From contig CAZQVF010000001.1 of assembly GCA_964596735.1 (NCBI GenBank), forward strand, positions 9,924 through 73,923: DNA of 64,000 nucleotides, written 5' to 3'. Made by a program: the position numbers and the translations under genes. Origin of the DNA: an uncultured Gammaproteobacteria bacterium (lineage in GTDB: Bacteria > Patescibacteriota > Patescibacteriia > UBA2591 > UBA6264). Positions 19,668 through 29,191 of the stretch are shown here, piece by piece. The notes under the pieces are model-generated. The model was given only the letters and a program-made list of their open reading frames with translations, did not search any database and was not told the DNA's origin. The first letter of the stretch is position 1. Each line of letters opens with the position of its first letter.

Positions 19668-20048
19668 ATGAAAAAACTTGTTATAATTTTTCTTATACTT
19701 TTAATCAGCGGCTTTATTGGATATTTAATTTTTAATATTCAAAATCCAAGCTTTGAAAAATTAAGTCTAATAGAGAAGTATGAAAAAGTTATTAGTCAAA
19801 GAAACCAGGCGATTGCTCAGGCAGTAAAGGCAGGAGTATATAAGTGTTGTATAAATCCCCCCTGCACCATGTGTTATTCAGAAGCTAATCAATGGAATAA
19901 CCATAAGGCAGGTACCTGCGCTTGTGATGATTTGATTGCTCAAGGGAAAGAACCATGTCCTCAATGCAAAAGAGGTTTGATTAGAGATACAGGTTCTTCT
20001 TGTGAAATTATTAGTGGAACCTGTGAACCAGAAATTAACAACCAATAA
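19668..20048 (+). CDS. Membrane-anchored Cys-rich protein (10 Cys)
   Basis: TM helix then CCINPPCTMC...CAC...CPQC...C...C. Confidence 0.7.
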   Translation: MKKLVIIFLILLISGFIGYLIFNIQNPSFEKLSLIEKYEKVISQRNQAIAQAVKAGVYKCCINPPCTMCYSEANQWNNHKAGTCACDDLIAQGKEPCPQCKRGLIRDTGSSCEIISGTCEPEINNQ

Positions 20049-20056
20049 ATAACAAT

Positions 20057-20392
20057 ATGAAATTAATAACTAAAATATTTTTAATGTCTTTCTTTGTTTT
20101 TTATCCCGGATTATTATTAGCTCATGGCGGGACTGAAGTTGCCCACCACCATATGATGGGAGCAATGTTTGGTTCAGGTGGTTATGGTTTTTTTGGCATG
20201 GGGTGGATAATGATAATATTCTGGTTGGTGGTTATAACGGGAGTGATTGGGTTGATTAAGTGGGTTTTTGCTGAAAAAAGACCTGAAATTAAAGGTGAAT
20301 CAGCCCTGGATATTTTAAAAGAACGTTATGCCAAAGGAGAGATAAATGAAGACGAATATAAGCAGAAGAAAAAAGATTTAATTAATAGTTAA
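20057..20392 (+). CDS. SHOCT domain membrane protein with His/Met-rich N-terminus
   Basis: HHHMMG motif; ALDILKERYAKGEINEDEY SHOCT signature. Confidence 0.85.
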   Translation: MKLITKIFLMSFFVFYPGLLLAHGGTEVAHHHMMGAMFGSGGYGFFGMGWIMIIFWLVVITGVIGLIKWVFAEKRPEIKGESALDILKERYAKGEINEDEYKQKKKDLINS

Positions 20393-20416
20393 ACATAAAA
20401 TTAAAAAAGTTAAATT

Positions 20417-21142
20417 ATGTCAAATAAAGAAAATTATCAAAAAAATAAGGGATCAAAAAATGATTTTATTTTAGGTATAACCACAGCCATTGCTGTCATT
20501 GCCATTATTGGTTTTTTTATTGTCTTGTCCCTGTATTTAAATCAAGACAAGAAAGTATTGGCAGAAGCATTACCAGCTGCTCCCAGTAAACCAGAAGTTG
20601 AAAAACAGGTCCTGCCAGCTAAGTTAGAAGTTCAATTAAGCAGAGATGATCATTTTAGAGGTGACCCCAATGCCTTAGTGACTGTTGTGGAATTTTCTGA
20701 TTTTCAATGTCCTTATTGTTCAAGTTTTCATCAGACCATGTTAAAAATAACCCAAGATTTTCCAAAAGAGGTAAAATGGGTTTATAAACATTTTCCCCTA
20801 GATTCTATTCATCCGTTTGCCAGAAAAGCAGCTGAGGCTTCAGAATGCGCGGCTGATCAAAACAAATTTTGGGAATACACTGACGAGTTATTTGTTAAGC
20901 AGAGAGAAATCAGCCCCGCCCTTTTTACAGAAATAGCCGGGACAACAGGGTTAGACAGGAATCAATTTAATAGTTGTTTGGAGTCGGGTAAATATGCTTC
21001 AAGGGTAGAGGCAGATTATCAACAGGGCATAAAAGCAGGGGTGCGGGGAACACCAGGTAGTTTTGTGAATGGACAATCCTTAGCCGGGGCTGTTCCTTAT
21101 AATGAAATGAAATCTATGATTAATGAATTACTAAATGAGTAA
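20417..21142 (+). CDS. DsbA family thiol-disulfide oxidoreductase
   Basis: EFSDFQCPYC, KHFPL, GVRGTP. Confidence 0.92.
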   Translation: MSNKENYQKNKGSKNDFILGITTAIAVIAIIGFFIVLSLYLNQDKKVLAEALPAAPSKPEVEKQVLPAKLEVQLSRDDHFRGDPNALVTVVEFSDFQCPYCSSFHQTMLKITQDFPKEVKWVYKHFPLDSIHPFARKAAEASECAADQNKFWEYTDELFVKQREISPALFTEIAGTTGLDRNQFNSCLESGKYASRVEADYQQGIKAGVRGTPGSFVNGQSLAGAVPYNEMKSMINELLNE

Positions 21143-21386
21143 AAAAATAAGGACAGTTTTTTTATCTATCCTCTCTTTTTTATCAGGAGGCTTAGGGATT
21201 GTTGGTCTTTCTGGCTGGTGTTGTACTTTAACCGGAGCCGCTATTCTGTCTTTATTGGGATTGGCTTCATTTAGTGTTTTTCTCGTGTCTTATAATAAGT
21301 TATTGTTACTTATCTCAATAATTTTTTTAATCCTGGCGATCATGTCCTTTGTTAAACATAAAAAAGCAAAAAGTTGCTTAAAATAA
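21135..21386 (+). CDS. Small MerT/MerF-like membrane protein with CC motif
   Basis: Hydrophobic, GWCC in first helix; located in metal operon. Confidence 0.55.
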   Translation: MSKKIRTVFLSILSFLSGGLGIVGLSGWCCTLTGAAILSLLGLASFSVFLVSYNKLLLLISIIFLILAIMSFVKHKKAKSCLK

Positions 21387-21389
21387 ACT

Positions 21390-22883
21390 ATGCTCAAAAA
21401 AATAGAAATTCAAATTAAAGGAATTCATTGCAAAAGCTGTAAAACCTTAATTGAAACAGAAGTAGATGTTTTACCTGGAGTTAAAGATGTTGATGTTAAT
21501 CATCAGACTGGGGAATGCCAGATAATTTTTGACGATCAAAAGGTTTCTCAAAGTAAGATTTTCAAGACCATTGAAAAATTAAATTATCAGGTTAAAGATT
21601 CATCAACAAAAGAAAAGAAAAAACAAAAACAAGTTTCTAAAAAATTTATCATCGCCGGAATTTTATTAGCGGTTTTTGTCCTTGGTTATTTTCTTATTAA
21701 ACACCTGGGCCTTTTAGAAACCCTTTCTAGACTTAATGACCAGAAAATAAGTTATTGGTTAATCTTTCTAATCGGTGTTTTAGTCAGCTTTCATTGCATA
21801 GGAATGTGCGGGGGGTTAGTGGTCGCTTATACAAGCCGGCACCAGATTAAAGAGGAAAAGAAGACTAATCTTTCTTTGCCTCATTTACAGTATAATGTAG
21901 GGAGAATGATTTCTTATACAGTGGTTGGCGGGATTTTAGGTGGTTTTGGTTCTTTTTTTGGTATAAACCCGACCTTTACCGGATCTATTATTTTAGTAGC
22001 TGGTGTTTTTATGGTTTTAATGGGACTATCTTTAATGACTAATTTTAAATGGCTAGAGAAGATTAAATTAAGAACCCCATTTTTTATTGCCAAATTTCTT
22101 TATAAACAACGTCATACGCGCAAACCAAAGGGGCCATTTATTATTGGTTTGCTCAATGGTTTTATGCCCTGTGGGCCCTTGCAAGCAATGCAGATTTATG
22201 CCCTGGCTTCAGGCAGCATTACCCAGGGGGCCTTATCAATGGGCGTTTATGGCTTAGGCACGGTTCCTTTAATGTTTGGTTTTGGTAGTTTTATTTCCTT
22301 GATTAGCCAGGATAAAATTAAACAAGTAATGAAGTTTTCTGGCTTAGTGGTTATTGTTTTAGGTCTAATAATGTTTAATCGAGGGTTGGTAAACTTTGGT
22401 TATGGTTTTCGTAGTTTTATTCCGCGAGAAGCAACCAGTCAGACAGAGTATTTAGTTACTGGTGATGTTGAAGAATATCAGGTAGCAAGAATGGATTTAA
22501 CTTATCGCGGTTATTCTCCTAATGTTATTTTTGTTAAAAAAGATATTCCGGTACGATGGATTATTAATGTTAAACAGATGTCTGGCTGTACAGATGAAAT
22601 TATCATGCCTGAGCATAACATTAAAAAGCCTCTGGAATATGGTGAAAATATTATTGAATTTGTGCCTAAAAAATTGGGGAATCTTAAATTTAGTTGTTGG
22701 ATGCAAATGGTTTGGGGAAAGTTTGTGGTTGTTGAAAAAGATAAACAGCCAACTTCACAAGATTTATATAAAGAGTCCCTTGACTTGCCTCAGGGCGGCA
22801 CTTGTGATGGCGGAGGAACATGTGGCGGTACTTGCGGGGTGCCTACCTGCGGATGCAGTAGCCGTATCAGAGGGTCTCGATAA
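21390..22883 (+). CDS. HMA + DsbD_2/TauE-like membrane domain + cupredoxin-like protein with Cys-rich tail
   Basis: GIHCKSC, HCIGMCGG, GFMPCGPLQ, FSCWMQM, tail CDGGGTCGGTCGVPTCGC. Confidence 0.88.
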   Translation: MLKKIEIQIKGIHCKSCKTLIETEVDVLPGVKDVDVNHQTGECQIIFDDQKVSQSKIFKTIEKLNYQVKDSSTKEKKKQKQVSKKFIIAGILLAVFVLGYFLIKHLGLLETLSRLNDQKISYWLIFLIGVLVSFHCIGMCGGLVVAYTSRHQIKEEKKTNLSLPHLQYNVGRMISYTVVGGILGGFGSFFGINPTFTGSIILVAGVFMVLMGLSLMTNFKWLEKIKLRTPFFIAKFLYKQRHTRKPKGPFIIGLLNGFMPCGPLQAMQIYALASGSITQGALSMGVYGLGTVPLMFGFGSFISLISQDKIKQVMKFSGLVVIVLGLIMFNRGLVNFGYGFRSFIPREATSQTEYLVTGDVEEYQVARMDLTYRGYSPNVIFVKKDIPVRWIINVKQMSGCTDEIIMPEHNIKKPLEYGENIIEFVPKKLGNLKFSCWMQMVWGKFVVVEKDKQPTSQDLYKESLDLPQGGTCDGGGTCGGTCGVPTCGCSSRIRGSR

Positions 22884-22895
22884 TTAATTATAAAT

Positions 22896-23984
22896 ATGTC
22901 TGAATCTAAACAAAAACAGGTTGTTGTTGGTATGTCTGGGGGCATTGATTCTTCCATGGCCCTGGTTTTACTTAAAAAACAAGGGTGGCAGCCAATAGGT
23001 GTTTCTTTAAAATATGCGGTTTGGCAAGATAAAAAAAATCTATTACGAGAAAACGTTTGTTGCAGTACTCAGTCTTTTAAAATCGCCAGAGACATTTGTC
23101 AAAAACTAAAGGTTCCTTATTATATCTCAGACGTATCAACAGAGTTTAAAAAGCAGGTAATTGATTATTTTATTAGAGAATTAAAAAACAAAAAAACACC
23201 TAATCCCTGTATTATTTGTAATCGTTACCTTAAGTTTAAAAAACTTTTTGAATGGGCTAAAGAACATAACATTCAATATGTGGCCACAGGACATTATGCT
23301 CGTTTAAGAAAAAATCCTCAGACTCAAAAATATGAACTCTTAAGAGCTAAGGATAAAGAAAAAGACCAAACCTATTCTTTGTCTTTTTTACCTCAAAAAT
23401 GGCTTAAAAATATTGTTTTTCCCTTGGGTGATTTTCTCAAGCCAGAAATTTATAAAATAGCTAAGAAATATGATTTTGACGTTTTTCTTAAACAAAAAGA
23501 AAGTCAGGATTTTTGTTTTGTCGCCGGCAAGTCAATGAAATGTTTTTTAGAAAAAGAAATAGGAACAAAAGCAGGTTTGATTAAAGATAAAAAGGGAAAT
23601 ATTTTAGGCAAACACCAGGGACTTCATTTTTATACTATTGGCCAGAGAAAAGGAATTAATTTGCCAAAGGGACCATATTTTGTCGCAGAAATGGATAAGA
23701 AGGATAATATTTTAATAGTGACAAGAGATAATAATAAACTTTGCCAAAAACAGGTATTTGTTTCCCCTTGTCATTTTATTTCTGGAACATCTCCTCAAGG
23801 AAAAATTCAGGTTCAAGCAAAAATCCGTTATCGTCAAGAATTAAGCCGGGCGACTCTTTTTCCTATTTCAAAAACTAAAATAAAATTAGTATTTAATAAA
23901 CCACAGAGAGCAATTACTCCTGGGCAATTTGCTGTCTTTTATCAAAAAGATGTTTGTTTGGGAGGAGGAAGAATCATTTTATGA
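22896..23984 (+). CDS. mnmA: tRNA 2-thiouridine(34) synthase MnmA
   Basis: SGGIDS PP-loop, [40 protein letters not shown]. Confidence 0.96.
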   Translation: MSESKQKQVVVGMSGGIDSSMALVLLKKQGWQPIGVSLKYAVWQDKKNLLRENVCCSTQSFKIARDICQKLKVPYYISDVSTEFKKQVIDYFIRELKNKKTPNPCIICNRYLKFKKLFEWAKEHNIQYVATGHYARLRKNPQTQKYELLRAKDKEKDQTYSLSFLPQKWLKNIVFPLGDFLKPEIYKIAKKYDFDVFLKQKESQDFCFVAGKSMKCFLEKEIGTKAGLIKDKKGNILGKHQGLHFYTIGQRKGINLPKGPYFVAEMDKKDNILIVTRDNNKLCQKQVFVSPCHFISGTSPQGKIQVQAKIRYRQELSRATLFPISKTKIKLVFNKPQRAITPGQFAVFYQKDVCLGGGRIIL

Positions 23985-26206
23985 AAACAAAAACTATTTT
24001 AAAAATTAAAGGAATGCATTGTGCTAGTTGTTCAGCTAGCATTGAGAGAGCATTAAAAAAACAATCAGGCATTGTTTCAATTGGTGTTAATCTTGCTACA
24101 GAAAAAGCAAACCTGGAGTTTGATCCAGAGAAAACAAATTTAAACAAAATTCAAAAGATAATAAAAAAAATGGGCTATCAAGCTGAGGAAGGGCATTTTT
24201 TAGAAAAGATAAAAGATGAAGAAGCAGGAAAAATTAAAAAATTAAGAAATACATTTTTATTTTCTTTGATTTTAGGACTACCTCTTTTCTATTTAGTCAT
24301 GGGAAAAATGATTGGCCTGCCCGTACCTAATTTACCATTGCGTTTAAATCTGATTATTCAACTGGTTTTGACTACGGCAATTATGGCTTTAAACTCACAC
24401 ATATATATTTCTGGTTTTAAGAAATTAATTCAGCGAAATCCCAATATGGACTCTTTAATAGAGACAGGGACCTTGGCCGCTTATTTTTATAGCTTAGTTA
24501 TATTTATTAGTATTTGGCGACAACCAAGCCTTTCTCAAGAAGTCCATGTTTATTTTGAGAGTGCGGCTTTTATTCTGGTTTTTATTTCTCTGGGAAAATA
24601 TTTAGAAGCTTTAACCAAGGGAAAAACAAGCCAGGCAATTAAAAAGTTGATTGGCTTACAACCCAAGCAGGCAACAATAATAAAAGATGGCGAGGAAATA
24701 CAAGTCCCTATTCCAGAGGTCAAAGTCAATGATATTGTTTTGGTTAAACCAGGGGAAAAAATTCCAGTTGATGGTTTAGTGGTAAATGGTTATTCCGGGG
24801 TTGATGAAAAAGCAATTACTGGAGAAAGTATTCCTGTTGAAAAAAATGTTGATGATAAAGTAATTGGAGCAACCATTAACAAGACAGGCGTTTTGCAGAT
24901 TAAAGCAAAACATGTTGGCGAAGAAACGATGCTGGCTCAGATTATCAAAATTGTTGAAGAGGCAATGGGATCTAAAGCACCAATCCAGGTTTTAGCTGAC
25001 AAGGTTTCTTTTTATTTTGTTCCAGCAGTAATTGGTCTGGCCATTTTAGCGTTTTTTGTTTGGATTCTTTTGGGTCAAGCTTTTGTTTTTGCTTTAACGG
25101 TTTTTGTGGCTGTTTTAATTATTGCCTGTCCTTGTTCTTTGGGCTTGGCTACTCCGACCGCAGTGATGATGGGAACAGGTTTGGCGGCCAAACAAGGCAT
25201 TTTAATTAAAAGCAGTCAGGCTTTAGAAATGGCGCAAAAAATAAGCATGATTGTTTTTGACAAGACTGGAACCTTAACAAAGGGCGAACCGGTTGTCACT
25301 GATATTATTGAGATTAATAATAAAAAGGAGCAGATTTTACAAATGGCCGGTTCTCTTGAAAAAAACTCAGAACATCCTTTGGCCCAGGCAATGGTGCAAA
25401 TGGCTAAAAAACAAGAAATTAAATTATTTGAAGTTCAGAAATTTGAGGCCATTCCAGGACAAGGAGTAGAGGCTTATTTAGATAAACAAAAAATATTTTT
25501 AGGAACTAAAAAGTTAATAAAGAATCATCAAATCAAAACAGATTTTATTAAAGAACAAATGGCCGGCCTGGAAAAACAAGGGAAAACAGTCATGATCTTA
25601 GGAAGGGATCAAGAGGTTATGGGCATTATTGCCGTGGCCGATACTTTAAAAGAATATTCAAAACAAGCCATTAAAATTTTGCATAAATTAGGCAAAAAAA
25701 CAGCCATGATTACTGGTGATAATGAAAGAACAGCCAGAGCAATAGCTGAACAATTAGGCATTGATTATGTTTTAGCTGGTGTTTTACCTCAAGAAAAAGC
25801 AAAAGAAATTAAAAGATTACAAGATCAAGGAGAAAAAGTAGCCATGGTCGGAGACGGCATTAATGATGCTCCAGCCTTGGCCCAGGCTGATTTAGGCATT
25901 GCTTTGGGCTCAGGGACTGATGTGGCCATGGAAACAGGGGAAATTGTTTTAATCAAAGATGATTTGCGAGATGTGGTTAGAGCAATTGACTTAAGCAAAT
26001 ATACTTTAAGAAAAATTAGACAAAATCTTTTTTGGGCCTTTTTTTACAATAGCGTCGGCATTCCTATTGCCGCTGGCGTGCTTTATCCTTTTACTGGCTG
26101 GCTTTTAAGTCCGATTTTTGCTGCAGCCGCCATGGCTTTTTCTTCTGTCAGTGTTGTTTCCAATGCCCTTTTAATGAGATTGTACAAACCAAGAACAATT
26201 AAGTAA
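23981..26206 (+). CDS. copA: Cu(I)-translocating P1B-type ATPase
   Basis: GMHCASC HMA domain, TGES, CPC, DKTGT, SEHP, GDGIND, YN and MAFSS motifs; ATG overlaps mnmA stop. Confidence 0.95.
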   Translation: MKTKTILKIKGMHCASCSASIERALKKQSGIVSIGVNLATEKANLEFDPEKTNLNKIQKIIKKMGYQAEEGHFLEKIKDEEAGKIKKLRNTFLFSLILGLPLFYLVMGKMIGLPVPNLPLRLNLIIQLVLTTAIMALNSHIYISGFKKLIQRNPNMDSLIETGTLAAYFYSLVIFISIWRQPSLSQEVHVYFESAAFILVFISLGKYLEALTKGKTSQAIKKLIGLQPKQATIIKDGEEIQVPIPEVKVNDIVLVKPGEKIPVDGLVVNGYSGVDEKAITGESIPVEKNVDDKVIGATINKTGVLQIKAKHVGEETMLAQIIKIVEEAMGSKAPIQVLADKVSFYFVPAVIGLAILAFFVWILLGQAFVFALTVFVAVLIIACPCSLGLATPTAVMMGTGLAAKQGILIKSSQALEMAQKISMIVFDKTGTLTKGEPVVTDIIEINNKKEQILQMAGSLEKNSEHPLAQAMVQMAKKQEIKLFEVQKFEAIPGQGVEAYLDKQKIFLGTKKLIKNHQIKTDFIKEQMAGLEKQGKTVMILGRDQEVMGIIAVADTLKEYSKQAIKILHKLGKKTAMITGDNERTARAIAEQLGIDYVLAGVLPQEKAKEIKRLQDQGEKVAMVGDGINDAPALAQADLGIALGSGTDVAMETGEIVLIKDDLRDVVRAIDLSKYTLRKIRQNLFWAFFYNSVGIPIAAGVLYPFTGWLLSPIFAAAAMAFSSVSVVSNALLMRLYKPRTIK

Positions 26207-26225
26207 ATATTCTATATCCATATAT

Positions 26226-26251
26226 AAAAATCCCTGAACAAGGGATTTTTT
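26226..26251. terminator. Bidirectional intrinsic terminator between copA and tRNA-Pro
   Basis: AAAAATCCCT-GAACA-AGGGATTTTT. Confidence 0.8.
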
Positions 26252-26254
26252 ATT

Positions 26255-26330
26255 TGGTCGGGGTGAGAGGAATTGCACCTCCGATCTCTGTCTCCCGAAG
26301 ACAGCGCCTTAGCTGCTAGGCTACACCCCG
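26255..26330 (-). tRNA. tRNA-Pro(CGG)
   Basis: CGGGGTG acceptor, CTGTC-TTCGGGA-GACAG anticodon arm, T loop TGCAATT, encoded CCA. Confidence 0.92.
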
Positions 26331-26436
26331 TTTTGATTATTTTAGAGAAAAAATAATAGATTGGCAAGATAAATTTCTTGAAAGTTTTTAAAAAATATGT
26401 TAAGTTTAAACACTAAACAATTGCTTAATTTTAACC

Positions 26437-27597
26437 ATGTTCCGACTTTTTCATTTAACCTATTCTTTTACTCTTTCTCGTGATTTTAAGATTCTTTGTT
26501 TTTATCAAACAATGATTGCTTTGGCCAATGGCATGATGGGTTTGTTTTTACCCATTTTTTTATTTCAGCAGTTTAATTCTTCAATTTATTGGGTAATCAT
26601 TTTTTATTTAATTGGCCATCTTCTTTACGCTCTTTTAGTTCCTTTTGGAGCAATGATGATGAATAAGATTGGATTAAGAAGGTCAATGCTTATTGGCCGG
26701 AGTATGTGTATTCCTTTTTATGTTTTTCTTTATTTTTTTCATAATGATCCTTTGCTTTTTGCTATCTTAGCCAATGTTGTTTTATTGTTTTTCCGTTTAT
26801 TGTATTGGGTTCCCTACCATGTTGATTTTGTCCGTTTTACAGATGGTAAACACCGGGGGAGACAAATGTCCTATTTAGCCGTCTTGGGTTATTTGGTTAG
26901 TATTGGTGGGCCATTATTGGCAGGAATGTTGTTAACTCAATTCAGTTTTAATCCTTTATTTATTATTGTGATTATTATTAATGTTTTTGCTCTTATTCCT
27001 TTGGGGAAATTAAGTGAACCTAGGGCCAAATTTGAATTTTCTTATAAACAAACATTTAAAGAATTATTTAAAGAAGGCAATCGCCGTTTAAATGTGGCTT
27101 GTTTTTCTGATGGGGCCCAGACCATGGTCGGAGTAATGATTTGGCCCATTTTTATTTATCAGATTTTAAAACATGAATATATGGCTGTGGGCGCCGTAAC
27201 CGCCTTAATTATTATCGGGACTATTCTTTTTCAGTTATTAATAGGAAAATATACTGATGAATATCCCAAAAGAAAATTAATGCATATTGGTTCTTCATTT
27301 TATGCCTTGGGCTGGCTGGCCAAGGCTTTTGTGGCCACGGCTTTTCAGGTCTTTGTCGCTGGTGCTTTTCATAGTTTAATGGCCATTATCTTGCGCACTC
27401 CTTTTGATGCCCTGCGTTATGAACAAATTGGCAATACTGGTTCATATGTTGATGAATACACTGTTTTAAGGGAGATGAGCATAAACATGGGCTGGGTTTT
27501 AATGGGCGTTTTGCTAATGATTTTAATTGGATTAGTTGGTTTGCAAATAGCTTTTTTAATTGCCGCTGCCTTTAGTTTATTGGTTAATCTATTATGA
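26437..27597 (+). CDS. MFS transporter
   Basis: About 12 hydrophobic segments; KIGLRRSM and GKYTDEYPKRKL loop motifs. Confidence 0.85.
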   Translation: MFRLFHLTYSFTLSRDFKILCFYQTMIALANGMMGLFLPIFLFQQFNSSIYWVIIFYLIGHLLYALLVPFGAMMMNKIGLRRSMLIGRSMCIPFYVFLYFFHNDPLLFAILANVVLLFFRLLYWVPYHVDFVRFTDGKHRGRQMSYLAVLGYLVSIGGPLLAGMLLTQFSFNPLFIIVIIINVFALIPLGKLSEPRAKFEFSYKQTFKELFKEGNRRLNVACFSDGAQTMVGVMIWPIFIYQILKHEYMAVGAVTALIIIGTILFQLLIGKYTDEYPKRKLMHIGSSFYALGWLAKAFVATAFQVFVAGAFHSLMAIILRTPFDALRYEQIGNTGSYVDEYTVLREMSINMGWVLMGVLLMILIGLVGLQIAFLIAAAFSLLVNLL

Positions 27598-28127
27598 AAA
27601 GTCTGCTCTTGCATATTTGTTGTGCCTGTTGTGCCACTATTCCCATTGAATTACTGCAAGATCAATTTAAAATAAAACTACTTTGGTATAATCCAAACAT
27701 TTATCCTAAAAAAGAATATAAAAAGAGGTTAAAGCAAGTAAAGAAATTAAAAAAAATATACAAGTTAAGTCTTGTTAAGGCCCCTTATCATTTAAAAGAC
27801 TGGCTGGCTTTGACCAAGGGGTTAGAACAAGAACCAGAAGGAGGAAAAAGATGTGATGTTTGTTTTCAGATGCGATTACAAAAAACAGCGGAGATAGGGC
27901 TTAAAAAAAGCTTTGACTATTTTGCCACTACCTTAACAATTGGTCCGCAGAAAAAAGCAGAAAGGGTTAATCAGATAGGTGAAGACTTGGCAAAAAAGTA
28001 TGACATTAAGTTTTATTCAGCTGATTTTAAAAAGAAAGACGGATTTAAAAAAAGCCTTGATTTGAGCAAAAAATATAATTTTTACCGGCAGAATTATTGC
28101 GGATGTATTTATTCAATAATTAATTAA
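27594..28127 (+). CDS. queH: Epoxyqueuosine reductase QueH (DUF208)
   Basis: LLHICCACC, YNPNIYP, EPEGGKRC..CF.MRL, YRQNYCGC. Confidence 0.92.
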   Translation: MKSLLLHICCACCATIPIELLQDQFKIKLLWYNPNIYPKKEYKKRLKQVKKLKKIYKLSLVKAPYHLKDWLALTKGLEQEPEGGKRCDVCFQMRLQKTAEIGLKKSFDYFATTLTIGPQKKAERVNQIGEDLAKKYDIKFYSADFKKKDGFKKSLDLSKKYNFYRQNYCGCIYSIIN

Positions 28128-28140
28128 AAAATATTTATAC

Positions 28141-28488
28141 ATGAATCCAGGTAAATGGGAAAACTTAATCTTTTTAGCTGAGGAAAAGTTTGGCATTGAT
28201 AAAAAACATAAAGAAGACTTTGAAGTGGCCGAGCTTTCTACTGGTGAAAAAATTATGGGTCAAAGACAAATAGTTGAATTTCAAAGTCCTTTGGGACGGA
28301 TAAAATTAGAAAAGAATTCACGGCCGAAAGTCATTGATAAAAAAGTCTTGCACACTAAAAGAATTGGGGGGAGAGTAGCTGTAGATTTTGTTTATTCAGA
28401 AGAAGAAAAAGTAGAAAATTTAAAGATTTATCGCCTTAAAAACGACGAATGGGTTGAAATTAACCCAGAAGATATGGGCATTACTTAA
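28141..28488 (+). CDS. Hypothetical protein
   Basis: Tightly packed ORF with ATG start; no recognised motif. Confidence 0.7.
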   Translation: MNPGKWENLIFLAEEKFGIDKKHKEDFEVAELSTGEKIMGQRQIVEFQSPLGRIKLEKNSRPKVIDKKVLHTKRIGGRVAVDFVYSEEEKVENLKIYRLKNDEWVEINPEDMGIT

Positions 28489-28492
28489 ATAT

Positions 28493-29191
28493 ATGATATC
28501 TAAATTATACATTTATTTACCGGTTATTTTTTGTTTAGTCTTATTTTTTGTTTTTCAAAGTAATAATCCGATTAATATAATAATTGGTTATAGTCTTATT
28601 CTAATATTGTCATTAGCCAGTGGAATTATTTTAATTAAAGGGAAAATTAAAAAGCGTTGGCCGATTTTGTTACAGATAATGGTTTTTTCTACTAGCGCTC
28701 TAGTCTTTTTTCTTTTCTTAAATGGCATTTTTTGGCAGATTGTTTTTGTCTTGTTTTTTTCAGGCGTTTCAGGTTTTTTTCTTTTTCATATTTGGCAATT
28801 TTTTTATCAGCCCCGCCTTTGCCAGCCCGAGGCATTAGAAAGAATGAGTTTTTGGCTGAATTTTGTTATTATTTACTGGGTTTTGGTTGGTTTGGGTATG
28901 ACCTTGGGATTAGAGCCCTTAAGTGGATTATTTTTTCTCAGCCTGATTTTAGTTTTTGCCTTGTTCTTCTGGATGGCCGGTTATCTTAATTTTGTTAAAG
29001 GTGATGATTTTAAGTTAATAAAGACAGATTCATTAGTTATTACTTTAGTTTTAACTGAGATTTATTTAGCGATTAATTTTTTACCCCTGGGCGTTTATTT
29101 TAATGCCTTGAGCCTTTCTATCTTATATATTATAATTATTAATCTATGGCAAAAGATTCCTCAAAAAAAGTTAACATCTCTGACGACTTAG
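28493..29191 (+). CDS. Hypothetical polytopic membrane protein
   Basis: About 8 hydrophobic segments; ATG 4 nt after upstream stop. Confidence 0.7.
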   Translation: MISKLYIYLPVIFCLVLFFVFQSNNPINIIIGYSLILILSLASGIILIKGKIKKRWPILLQIMVFSTSALVFFLFLNGIFWQIVFVLFFSGVSGFFLFHIWQFFYQPRLCQPEALERMSFWLNFVIIYWVLVGLGMTLGLEPLSGLFFLSLILVFALFFWMAGYLNFVKGDDFKLIKTDSLVITLVLTEIYLAINFLPLGVYFNALSLSILYIIIINLWQKIPQKKLTSLTT

